A stretch of DNA of 62,350 nt, the filler included, from Sphacelaria rigidula (Eukaryota): NCBI GenBank assembly GCA_964200075.2. It is 5 parts of 5 records of this genome, joined end to end, with 100 filler letters (N's around TTAATTAATTAA, not from the genome) between each part and the next. Parts side by side here need not be neighbours in the genome. Positions count along the whole stretch, not along the records: positions 49,962 to 62,350 come from CAXNAA020003824.1; 4 more parts are not named here. One strand, written 5' to 3'. The stretch's first letter is position 1. Every line of letters begins with the position of its first letter. The notes beneath the pieces are model-generated. The model worked only from the letters and a program-made list of their open reading frames with translations. It was not told where the DNA came from and did not search any database. Of this stretch, positions 51,485 through 62,350 are shown piece after piece. The position numbers and the translations under genes are program-made.

Positions 51485-53499
51485 AAACCTGTACTGCAGC
51501 AGCAGCTGCCGCTGCATACTCCGTTGCATGTTCTGGCAATTCTCAGCTACCGAGATCAACTGCCTATATACCGTTTCTTCATCCCCGCCGACTACATACA
51601 TGTTAACTGCACACTGTGAGTCATCGGCAGAGGGATGAGCAGAATTCATTACGGTAGCGCCTTTTGTCTTTCCACGGCCCACCAGGGTATAGTGCCTCGT
51701 GAAAATGACCACATTGTAGCATGTACACTCCTTCCCGGTTTTTCCGGTCGACCCTTTGTTCGTGTAATTACTACGTTTTAGTATAACATTGTGACCCCCA
51801 AAACCCACCGGAAAACTCGGGAACGCTGTACTGAGTGCAAGTAATATGATGAAATCAAGTCCCGACCGCCCTGCACTTGGAAACCTGGGAAGGCTTATCT
51901 GGGTCAGGGATAGGGCCCCCACACGATCTTTGCAGTGGCATTACACTCGCCAACAATCCCCGCGCCGGTCGCTTGGGTCTGGTCGATAAACTTCGCCTCG
52001 CCGTGATTGGGCAGGTCGCTCGAAGATGTATTTTTGATTATTTCACTGACACAGGGTCAACCCTGTGTTAGTGGGGGGTCGGTCCCAAAAGGGTTAAGGA
52101 GAAAGAGCATATATATATATATAATACAGACCTATGAAATGCAATGTATGATATATGATATGTAAGATATGATATTATATATGATATATGATATATTATA
52201 AAATATGCACAAGGATCTCTACTGTCCACGGCAGTGACCGCATCCGGCAACGCTTTGGCAATAAACCAGGGACACACGGCTGGGTGTCTTTCCCCCCCCC
52301 CACAAAAACTCAATTTTTCGATCTTGGGGCCGATGTGTCCCGATTTTTTTTTCTGCTGCCCCCTGGGGCTATATGCACATTTTGGCCGAACATATATAAC
52401 ATGAGCTATTAGAGACTTTTTGAATTTCTCCAAAAAAACGGTATCAAACCGCAAAAAATTCGGGATGATGGCTGAGTTGGGTGACTTGATGTTTTTTTGT
52501 TCGCTGTTATCGGTCGCAGGTTGCCCCACCAAATGTGCAAACAACGATGCGGTTGAAAACGAGGAGAGTCCGCAACGTATTGCATAGAGCAAGCCGTCAG
52601 TCTCTGGTCAAACAGCAAACATTACTGTTGGTGTACCGTGCCGGACCGTACCGTAACGTAACGTGACGTGCCGCACCGTACACTGAAGAACAAAACAGTG
52701 CAGAGCAGTGCTGTGCAGTGCAGAACAGTACAGAACATTGGGGTACGGTACAGTGGTACACACATACAACGCAGTACTTCCAACCAAATAGCAGACAAAC
52801 CCGCATGGCAGCAATTCGCACCATGCAACCCTCAACGGTGGTAAACGGCGTCACGAACTTCAACAGAATGGTAGTGCAGCACTGCTGCTGCACGATAGAA
52901 ACGAGTCGTCCACGCAGTCTTCCTCCAGCGGAACTTATACGAGGCTGGCAATAGGAAGGAGCCCCACATCCCGGAATCACGGCACCAGCCCCCCCCCCCC
53001 CACCCCCAAGCGGTCGAGAATGAAGGAATGGTGTGCTGCAGCAGTCAGCAGTCAGTATTACGGCACTTTGGTGGCACTCAACTGCACTCGGCGGACATGA
53101 GAACACGGGTGCTGCTGCTTGGCGCAAGAAAACACCCCTCCATGGGGCAACTATCAACCTTCTTGGTCGAAAAGCGTGACGTTGCGGGTTCTTGTTCTTC
53201 TATGTAGCTGCAGCGGTACACCTCATGTGCGGGTTCTTGTTCTTGACCCCAGGTCCAATTTGAGCACGTGTTCTTATGAGCAAGTTCTTAATATTTCAAA
53301 TTTTCGAGGCTCAAATTCCTAAGTGCCGTATTCTTAGGTGGTGACCGCCTCTGTATGCCTACAGAGTACGAGGCCCTTCACGCCATGTGTACCAGCAGAC
53401 GTGTCACGTGATCACGCGTTCCCTCTTACATGAGAGAGTTGTGTCGATCGCTGTTTTCCGCGTGTTTCCGGTCGGGTGAGTTTGTTCTTCATAACTCAT

Positions 53500-53850
53500 A
53501 TTCCAATAACTCATCCGTGAGTTAAAGCAGCATCGCTCAGTTATGCCCATTCTGGTCGGGTGAGTTATCAATTATTACTTAGTTATGCATATCTTGGTCA
53601 GGTGAGTCACGAGCCAAAACTTAATTATGCACATTCTGGCCGGGTGAGTTATAATCTAAAACTCCGATATGCACATTCCGGCTGGGTGAGTTATAATCTA
53701 CAACTCCGTTATGCACATTCTGGCCGAGTGAGTTATAGTGTACAAAATAACTCAGCTATGCACACTCTGGCCGGGTGAGTTGAAAACTAAAACTCAGTGG
53801 CGCACATTCTGGCCAGGTGAGTTATAGATCATAACTGAGTTAACTCATCG
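53500..53850. repeat. Minisatellite of ~8 units of ~42 bp (TTATGCACATTCTGGCCGGGTGAGTTATAATCTAAAACTC..)
   Basis: Direct tandem periodicity; internal GAGTT..AACTC inverted motif in each unit. Confidence 0.85.
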
Positions 53851-54369
53851 GTTGTTCGACGTGTGAATCATTTCCATCACCTCGGGTTCGTCTCGGCGTG
53901 AGCAGGAGTTTTGGTGCGTCAGCTGTTCTTGTGGCCATGGGGGAGCAAATTTGCCGGCTTGATAGTGACTTTCGAGTCATGGTGATCGCCGAAAAATGAA
54001 AAAGTATTCACCCACCACACGTTTCATTATGGCCGATGTTGTGGCAGTTTTGTTCAATTCAAGAGCCCATGTCTTTTTGAATATAAGAGCCTTATGTTTT
54101 TGTTGTTGTTGCAAAAGTACAGGTTTCTCTTGTACAGCAGGTAGTAGTAGCATGGTAGTAGGTGAATACAACGTTTTACGCCGCTGTGTACATTGGTACT
54201 GTACTGTACCATTGCACTGACCACCGTTCGAGCCGTCAATCTGCATCTTGACCAGCTACACTGCGTACCAGCTACCGCATTTCATTCCGGGGCTCGTCCC
54301 TTCAGTCAGTGTGTCAGTCTGTGTGCTTCATGTCCTATGCATGTGCATGTACCATATACAAACAGTGAA

Positions 54370-54823
54370 GTGTCCCCGAATCCTACGGTCAGGACGGTGT
54401 AGAACCACAGACAGAACCGACAACACCGCCGCAAAATGCGAGGCTGCCTCCCGACCCGCCTACGGATGACCGTATACCTCGTACCCTGTTTGCAAGTACA
54501 GCCTATTTCATCGTTGTATTGTATTGTCTTTAATTTCATTTGCTCTGTACTTTGCTCTTCTTTTTTTGTTTTTTTGTTTTAGGTCGGCCATTTTTTGTGC
54601 GCTTTGCTTGTGTGGACTTTTTTATTACCTGTTTTTTTTTTTACGAATTAGTCTGCTATATCGCGTCCTGTTCGACCCTCTTTTTTTTTTTTTGTTTTTT
54701 TTTTTCTGTTCTTTTTTTTTTTTGGAGCATGTTTCTGTTTCGTTTTTGGGTACGTCCATCATCAGACCATGGCTGGACCCCTGGGGGGTCAGTTGAAGTG
54801 TGACGATCAATCAATCAAAATCA
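54370..54823 (+). mobile_element. Possible non-LTR/SINE 3' end with (ATCA)n tail
   Basis: T-rich UTR-like segment followed by ..GTGTGACG(ATCA)n; single copy in this window. Confidence 0.35.
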
Positions 54824-57800
54824 GCCTATACTTGTACCGTACTGTATCGTGCACCCCCTGATAGTGCACTGTACTGTTCTTGAACTGATCCCGTCCCATC
54901 CGACCTGTAGACTTACCGTGTGACTGGTGCATCACAAAAAGGACGGCAGTTGTGATGGATGCCCCACGTTGCTTACTATGGGTATTTTCATTGTGAACTG
55001 ACTGTGACGGTGGTGATGCATGCGGTTCATGTTCCTCTTCATTCCATTCTGAGTTCTGAAGCGGCACTTCATAGTTCAGGATGAAAATAGGACTCCGATC
55101 CTGCCAAGTTTGTCCTGAACTTTCGTCACGATCCAATTCATACCGACACCGTCTTCACCCCCCTCCGTCCTGATCCTGAACCGCGGAAAAACGGTCGTCG
55201 GAAACCCCTTGTTTTGTTCTGTTTTTGTTCAGTATACTACATGACTACCAAATGAAATATGTTCGTGTATTGTAATTCCTCTGTTCCATAAGTGTGAGAA
55301 GTTAGGTTTGTGCGACCCCGTGACCGTGTCCAACTCGATTTTCGATTTTTTTTACTGCATTCGTGGGCTTTTTTTTAAATCCAAAACCAGCATTCTTCCT
55401 ACAACGTGGGTGCTTGACCCATGCAGCCGCGCAGCCGAGGAAAAGAAGGTCGGTCCAAAACGGCCATTTTTCGCTCGTTTTCCCAGAAAAGAATGAAAGA
55501 CCCGGGAACACGGAAAATCGCGAAAAGTGAGCAAATCATGTGAATATCGCAAAACCACCATTGATTTTGGACATGTCCGTGATGTTAACCTGCGCACGCC
55601 ACATCCAATATTTTGTTGGCATGTAATTGCTAGTGCTCGGCGTGCGAACGTCCAATATCGGTGAATGATGAGGTATAAATTGATCAGAAAGGGTCAAAAC
55701 GAGCATATTTTGATATCATTTTTGAATTGATAACGACATGTTTTTTCTTCAACAGCCTCGTTTCCGCTTCATCTTCCTAACGAACCCAACTATGGGATGA
55801 TTGGCAATGTTGGCACACCCATACGATTCAACGCCCTCCCCACAAGCATCGAATACCTGGTGCTGCTTCTGTGTGCGTCGAAGATTGCTGCCTACCACAT
55901 TACGGCCGTAGGGTCAGGTGTTGGTTGATTCCGGCAACAAAATCTGGGAACTTGTAGCAACCTCTTGCTCACTCCCCGCACACGGCAATCCCTTCTCCTT
56001 CGATGGCAGGCCATTTGTGACCGTTTCGGGTGTTTTTTTGCCCACCCTCTTACAGTAGTTTACCGGGATGCCTGTTATTTGACATCAACACGAGCTGCCC
56101 TTGCCAACTTCACACGATTAATGCTTTTCTTTCGCCTTGAATCGCGAAATCATGCCAACAAAATCTGGTTAGTTGCGTTCTCGCTCATTCAAGGTTTTCC
56201 TCTTCATAGACCCTCCACCAAATAACCAGAGCGTGAGCTAGGGTCACGTCCTGCACTCCAAGTTTGCGGCAACAACCTGTGATCTGAGTAGGCTGGTTTT
56301 TTTTATCGTGGGAGATCTGAGTCTACATATGAAGATTATTGAAGGAACAACTTGTAGCCTGAGCGAGCAAGGTGCTACAGATCACGGTTGACAGGCGGGA
56401 TTTCGTGTTCCGTGTGCCCATATGCCAATGCAGGGGTTCCTCATCGTGTAGCCGTGCCTAGGGAGCTCTCAGGCACATATGCACTAGGCCTAGGGACGTG
56501 TCCTGTCAGCTGCACAGATGATGCGTGAACTTGAAATGTAGGAATCGGCCCGGCAGTGAAATCAGCAACCGGAAAATAGGCGATTTTGGAAGTGCGAAGT
56601 ATGACAAGGGCCTTGAGCATAATTCTGTTCGTACTGGCTGCGCCATGAAATCCGACAACATCGTTTGTTATTCAGACTTGCATAGATACGGCCGCCAACA
56701 CATTGATTGGTGGAAAACAATCTGGTATCAACAGTGGACGGTTCGTGGGAGATATTTACTACATGAGTATCACCCCCTTGAAGTACACATATACAAGCAT
56801 ATCTATTCACACACACATATGCATACAAGTGCTAATATCGCTGGTACCATCGCCTAATGCGAGTGTACTTCGGTAAATTCAAGGCCTTACCTGAGGTACA
56901 TTCTTTACTCATTCCCTTGAATTTTAGCGTGGTTGTCATCGTTTCCCTCGGTATTTTCAGTCCGGATTGATTCAGGGTGATGCCATGCACGACTGATCTG
57001 ATCGGCCGATTGATTGTTTGGCATGTTCAACTAACCCACCACGAATACCACCGTGCGCACAACATCAACATACCCGAGGTCATTGATCGAGAACACTCGA
57101 TAAAGAGAACTCGACAGGGGGAGATTTGAAGAAGGGAGAAAAGGCAATGTCAACTACGAACGAGAAATAGGGAGGAAGATAAATCAAAGATATGTGAAGG
57201 AAAGAGGAGAAATATATATGTATATATTTAAGAGGATATGATGAGGGAAACGCTGGGCTGAGATCTATTACAGTAGTAGCCTCGATCCCGAACGGAACAG
57301 AAAGGAGAACTGTGAAGACGGAAGCATTGCCTTCGAACGGCGGCAGATGAATGCAGCCGGTAGCCACCGATCTACAGAAACCACTGCGCGGAATTTGGTA
57401 TCACACTAAGTCCGCAGTCTAGACTAACCTAATTTTTTCGGCCCTCTGACAGCAAGTTCTACTGAAGGTTCGGCTCCGCCACGGTGTTGGTGTTTCTCGT
57501 AACATAGAGAAACCACAGCCCGAAAGCATGTACAGGACATCGAAATTGTCAAGAAGAAAAGCTTTTTGAAAACCGCGCGAGCTGGAGCAGTGCTCGACAT
57601 GCCTTCGGCATACACACAGGAGTTGTGCGGCACGATCAGCGCACTGCCTCGCGACAAACTCGAAGCACACGCTCGGAGTGTGCCGTAGATCATGCGCGGA
57701 GGAGTTGTGACGTCTCACTGTTCGATTCCACAGCGGAAACCAGAATGTGCGGGCCTGTACCAGGTGAAAGTCGAGACTAGCAGGCTACATTCTGGGCTAC

Positions 57801-58884
57801 CCACTCCACCACGCCGTCGCGTTCCCGTGTCACAGGCTACAAATCCAAAAAGCTGTGAATCATCTAAAGCATCTCGAAACTTCGTGGTTCATTTTTCCGT
57901 TTCGGAATCAGGGTACTCGTACAAACTGGGTACAAAGATGGCATATTTCTTCTCTCCGGCCGTTCATATCGTTGATCCACGCGCCCTAGTTTTAGCCGTG
58001 TGTTTAGCAGACGAGTCCAGATGTTTTCGAATGTCGTACGATGTCATGACGTGAGCACAACAGCAAATACTCGAGGCGCATGGAGTCGGCACAGCCAACA
58101 CTGACGAGGTGTACACAGTGCAGTAGAAGCAACACAAGACCCTGTTTGGTGGTGGGTTCGCCCCATGTCTATGAGTGGACGCTGTTCTGCAGAGTATGCG
58201 CTGAGGCTGTCAAGTGATGGTGCACCCGTACGTGTGACATGACGCCGAGGATCACACCTTCAAGTGTCTACGGCGAACTCGAATCACGCTGTATTCAATT
58301 AAACATATCGAAGCGTGTGCGCTTGACTGTCTTCACCCAAGGTATCGTCATCAGAATGCCGGGTAGACGAAAATACCAGCAACCGATCCCTGACTGCCTA
58401 CAGCAATCTTCTTCTGCACTTGTAAAAAATCTACCCTCAGCTTAAAACTTCAAAGAAGAGCTCCAAGATACGACCTTGATTAGATGAGACGTTGACTGCG
58501 GATATGAACAAACGTTGAAATACTGCTGCGCTGGAGTGCCGTATACAAGTACGCTGATGGAACACGGACTCGCTCGTGATGGCACGGCACCAGAGGGCAC
58601 ATGGTGGGAATGAAGGGTTTCATTTGCGATCGATTTTCACCGTGCGTGGGAAATCCGGTATTTGGATTATTTAAACACGAGCGATCTTCACACGAACGAG
58701 TCGTAATGTCATCTCTATCAGCCGCTTTTGTTTCAACGATGAAAACTCGATGGCGATGTTCACCCTGTGGACATTATGCGCCCGAAACTATCGTATTTTA
58801 TCCTCCCGTTCAGATGGGCGACGGGACTGGTGCTTGTGTCTCGGCGACGCAGCCCCCGCCCCTTCCCCTCCCCGCAGACGTAAC

Positions 58885-58952
58885 TGTCCCGAAAGGGATG
58901 CGTGGTCAATGGTCAAACGACTAAGGCAAGCAACAAATGAGTACGCCCCCCT
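58885..58952 (+). mobile_element. LINE tail (family 1) in C-rich context
   Basis: GAAAGGGATGCGTGGTCAATGGTCAAACGACTAAGGCAAGCAACAAATGAGTACG(C)n. Confidence 0.85.
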
Positions 58953-59806
58953 CCGCGCTCAAGTGATGTTTTTCACGGCACAAGAAAGGCCTTGTCTCAG
59001 CTGTTTTTCGGGCTCTGGGTTTCGCAACACGTATTTTTCCGAATGCGTACCGCATGAGCCGGCATATGATCTATGGCGACTCTGTAGCACCACGAAAATT
59101 CCTGCAGCAGCGTGTGCCGTTGTTCATGCGACCCAAGGCACTGCATTCATCACCAAAACACTGTACATCATGCCACCTCCACTTTGAATATATCGGAATA
59201 GGGAAATAATGTCCCTTACTGAATATACGGCGGACTTTTCAACCCCAACTCGTTGCCAACAAAATGCGGTTTGAACGTACTATGTTTGAGTGTGAACTGA
59301 AGCCCCGATATCAAGGGACTAGCGTTCCGCAATGCTCGAAATGCGTTCTTGATGAAATCGGTGCGGCGCTGATTCGAGGTCTTTCGTCGCAGAATCGCCC
59401 TCCTCACTCATCTTGGCCGATGGTTCATGGACTGCACATCGAATTGGGTTCTGTATTGGAGCCGCGGCCGAGTTGTGGCGAAGAGGAATATGTGACAGCC
59501 GGGTATTTTCGGCAATGAGTTGCAGGAAGCCCGGAACCCTTCGAGCATATTTTCTTGCTACACACTGCACCACATACTGACCAATAGTTTCGCGTTGATA
59601 TTCCCACCTTACATTCTTCGACATCGGAGGCACATGAAGAACTCGACACAGTATGTCAGTGCCGAAAACTGTGATGTACAACTCGTCCCAACGTTACAGG
59701 ATAAACCTATCATGGAGAGAGAATGACCGAGTGTGGTCATGGGGGCAAGGTGATCGTCCGCGCCCAACTCAAACATTCAGTAATTATGAACACAAGCTGT
59801 TGCCGC

Positions 59807-59878
59807 GCCCCGGTGGTGTAATGGTCGGACTGTCGCCATTAGGGTGGGGAGAACGGGGGTTCGATTCCCCGTGCGTTG
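59807..59878 (+). pseudogene. tRNA-Asp-like relic or SINE head
   Basis: A box TGGTGTAATGG and B box GGTTCGATTCC with an intact T arm (CGGGG..CCCCG); resembles eukaryotic tRNA-Asp, but the acceptor stem and anticodon do not form. Confidence 0.6.
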
Positions 59879-60165
59879 GGTTTTTTCTTCGTGATGTATG
59901 ATTTCCACCGTGGAAAGCGTGAGAACGTGAGTAGACAAATGTAGTCGACTAGGTCTGTGTGACGTGAGTTGACGCGGTGCGGGAGTGCTAATCCAATCCG
60001 CGAGAGGGAGAGATGGGTTGATCCCTTGAGACCACGGACTCATCCCGAGGAAGGGGAGGGGTTCAGAGTGTGTAAGGAAACAAAACGAAGAAGCTGGTAA
60101 AGTTCTAAGCTTGAAATGCTCGTTCCCTTTTTCCTTGACCACACTACTCTGTCGATGTGTCGCAG

Positions 60166-60338
60166 CCCGCCAGCCTACAACAACCGCAATAGGGGGAGCA
60201 GGGCCAGCAGTTTCCGCGACCAGCGTGAAGCCCACCGGCTCGAAAAGCGTCGCTGCTACCGGATGCGATACACCGAAACCATATTCGACGACAACCCCGC
60301 AACCCCCGCAAAAGTACGAGCAAGACGACGACGATGAC

Positions 60339-60370
<32 letters not shown>

Positions 60371-61168
60371 AGCCGACGGAGATAGGGATGGTGATGAACA
60401 CGTAGACGGAGACGGTGAGGAAGGAGTCGGCGGCGAGAATGAGAACCCCGAGGACGAGCTCGCCGAGAAACGCCGCCGTAACCGAGAGCACGCGAAGAAA
60501 AGTCGCATGCGGAAACGCCTTCGCCTGGGCGGTCTCGAAGATGTGCTGTTGGGGCTGAGACGAGAGAACGTCCGCTTAAGGCACATCGTCAAGAAGCGAA
60601 TTCCCCAACACGCCGAAGATATTCTCCGCGCGTGTGCGTCGGGGAACACCGACGCCGATCTCGTCGAGAAGCATGCCGTGGTGCAGGGTATGCGTCCGGG
60701 TATGTCCATAGGTGTGTCGTCGAACTCGAGTCGGGGTGACGGCGCTGGCCGCTCCAGTCGCCGGCGATGGTCAGGGTCGGGGGCTCGATCGACGACCAAG
60801 TTAGAGGCAGGCAGCGACAGCAGCTGCAGCATCGGCTTCAGCGGTAGAGGTGGTCGAGATCGTTGTGTGCCGTCGGCGCTCAAGCTTATGTCGCCCAGCT
60901 ACCAGAGAGTCAAGACCTTATCGGAGGGCCAGGCTAACATCGTCCTCACGAACCCGGACCTCGACGACTGCCCAATTGTCTACGCCAGCTCCGGATTCTT
61001 GGAGTTGACGGGATACGAGCCGAGCCAGGTGGTCGGCAAAAACTGCCGTTTCTTGCAGGGTCCCGGCACGGATCCTAATGCGGTCGCGATAATTGGGAGT
61101 AATTTGGCCGCGGGAAGGGAAGCGAGCGTGTGCATCTTAAACTACAAGGCCAACGGTTTGCCCTTCTG
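60166..61168 (+). CDS. AUREO: Aureochrome (bZIP + LOV blue-light-responsive transcription factor), main exon; upstream start exon unresolved
   Basis: bZIP EKRRRNREHAKKSRMRKR..LEDVLLGLRRENVRLR; LOV NIVLTNPDLDDCPIVYASSGFLELTGY..VVGKNCRFLQGPGTD..LNYKANGLPFW; acceptor gtcgcAG at 60165, donor TG|GTGAG at 61169. There is no in-frame ATG before the bZIP. Confidence 0.95.
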
Positions 61169-61783
61169 GTGAGCTGGGGTCGGTTCTGCTACAGAACCGG
61201 CGATGGTGGTCGTGATAGGGTGCTGTCCTTCGGTTGATGTGAGACCATCTCTAGCAATCACGCGGATTACGTAGTCTTGATGTATTTTTGGAGGGCTTCC
61301 CCTGCGGTGAAACTGCTGCACCATTCATGACTGTTACGAGCTAGACCGGATATAGTTATGTAGTGTTTCGTCGCTGTTACTTCGTAGTGTCGGTGCCGCT
61401 GTTGAGATTAAAAATCCAGATCAACTCAGCGATGAAATCTAAGCATTGAAGATCCTGTAACAGCGCCAAGAGCGCTTTCCGACGTCGGCATCCTGGAACT
61501 TGCCAACTGATGGGCCCGTGTTGAACACGACTATCCAGTGCGAAACAGTGAACAACGATGACGCTATGACAACTCATCGACATGCCCTTTTTGATGGCTG
61601 CTGCTGACGCACGCTATCGCCAAGCGAATCGCGCAGGGAGCAGGGGCGGTTGCAACGACTGCACCGGGAGCTCGTAAGATACCCGCTCTCGTCCCTGCTT
61701 TTTGTTACCGCTGGATGCGGTTAGTCTCCCCTGCTTGATCCTTCTTTGTTTTGTTGATTCCCTTTTCGGTGCGCTGCTTCCAG

Positions 61784-61900
61784 GAACCAGCTGTTTGTTG
61801 GCTGTCTCTTGGACTCTGGTGGGAAGGTTGTGAATAACATTGGCATCTTGTGCGAGGTGAAGCAGATGCCGCCGGCAGATTTCAGGAAGCAACTGCACAG
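61784..61900 (+). CDS. AUREO: Aureochrome exon completing the LOV domain (may splice at 61901 or read on to a stop at 62003)
   Basis: Pyrimidine-rich acceptor cttccAG; the phase-2 junction restores W, then NQLFVGCLLDSGGKVVNNIGILCEVKQ (H-beta and I-beta strands). Confidence 0.9.
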
Positions 61901-62350
61901 GTTAGTACAGCCATTTTCCCGATTTTCACGTCTGTTGGTGTGGGTTGAGCCAAGGGCGACGACGGCGTGCCGGGAGGTCAAAATCTTGTTCGTTCATTGT
62001 TGAACTCCAAGTCTGCAACGACTGTTGGTCGTCACTACGGTTTTTTCGATTTCGCCATTGTAGCCAATCGGAGAATCCTGTTTGCTCATCTCCGTTGTTG
62101 ATTATGCCCTTAGTCGGTGGTCCTGCGGTGCCCATTGGTGTGTATCTGTATCTACTCTGCTGTCGTGAATCCCTTGGGCGTTTTCCTCTTTTTTTTTCAT
62201 CGTGTTGTTGTATTTCATTTGATTTGCTTTCTACGTTCCTCTTCTTCTCTTTTTTTTGCTAAACCCTTCGACCGCGAGGTTAGTCTTCTGTTGAATCGGC
62301 ATCAATTTCAAGTGAAAAAAAGTCTGCATGGTCCAGAAAGACCAATCTCG

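Noticed and set aside
52597-53157. Cys-rich ORFs
   Set aside because: Arise from pentanucleotide simple repeats (CAGTG/GTACC) and C-runs.
53500-53850. CRISPR array
   Set aside because: The variable segments are only ~10-13 nt and related to each other, the repeats are degenerate, there are no cas genes and the context is eukaryotic.
55800-58740. LTR element suggested by PBS-like TGGTATCA at ~57396
   Set aside because: Only an 8-nt match, with no paired LTR and no gag/pol motifs.
59807-59878. Functional tRNA gene
   Set aside because: The acceptor stem and anticodon arm do not pair; only the A/B boxes and T arm survive.
59777-60883. 368-aa minus-strand ORF
   Set aside because: Antisense shadow of the GC-rich aureochrome exon; no recognisable domain.
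30080-61900. Functional linkage between the Helitron, the host gene and the aureochrome
   Set aside because: They lie on different, artificially concatenated contigs.

Overview
Eukaryotic, repeat-rich DNA, most likely from a brown alga or other photosynthetic stramenopile (inferred from an aureochrome gene, long introns and CAG/CAA microsatellites). It is not one locus. Four identical 100-nt artificial linkers (44 N + TTAATTAATTAA + 44 N) join five size-sorted contigs of about 12.39 kb (1-12392, 12493-24882, 24983-37372, 37473-49861, 49962-62350). Contig 1 holds the 3' half of a degenerate Ty3/Gypsy retrotransposon (RT, RNase H, integrase, chromodomain, plus a second Tudor/PWWP-like module) and several MITEs. 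Contig 2 holds EF-hand exons, piggyBac-, hAT- and 4-bp-TSD MITEs and a decayed LINE. Contig 3 holds a decayed ~6.7 kb Helitron with an OTU protease domain fused to its helicase and an intact small upstream ORF. Contig 4 holds a multi-exon minus-strand host gene of unknown function. Contig 5 holds a hAT remnant, a 42-bp minisatellite, a tRNA-Asp-like relic and an aureochrome (bZIP-LOV) whose LOV domain keeps the photoactive Cys but lacks the conserved Gln and one FMN-phosphate-binding Arg. Best leads: the Gln-less aureochrome, the OTU-Helitron with its accessory ORF, the Gypsy integrase with two putative chromatin-reader domains, and non-LTR elements that appear to target poly-C tracts. All calls are from motif recognition by eye; no searches were run.
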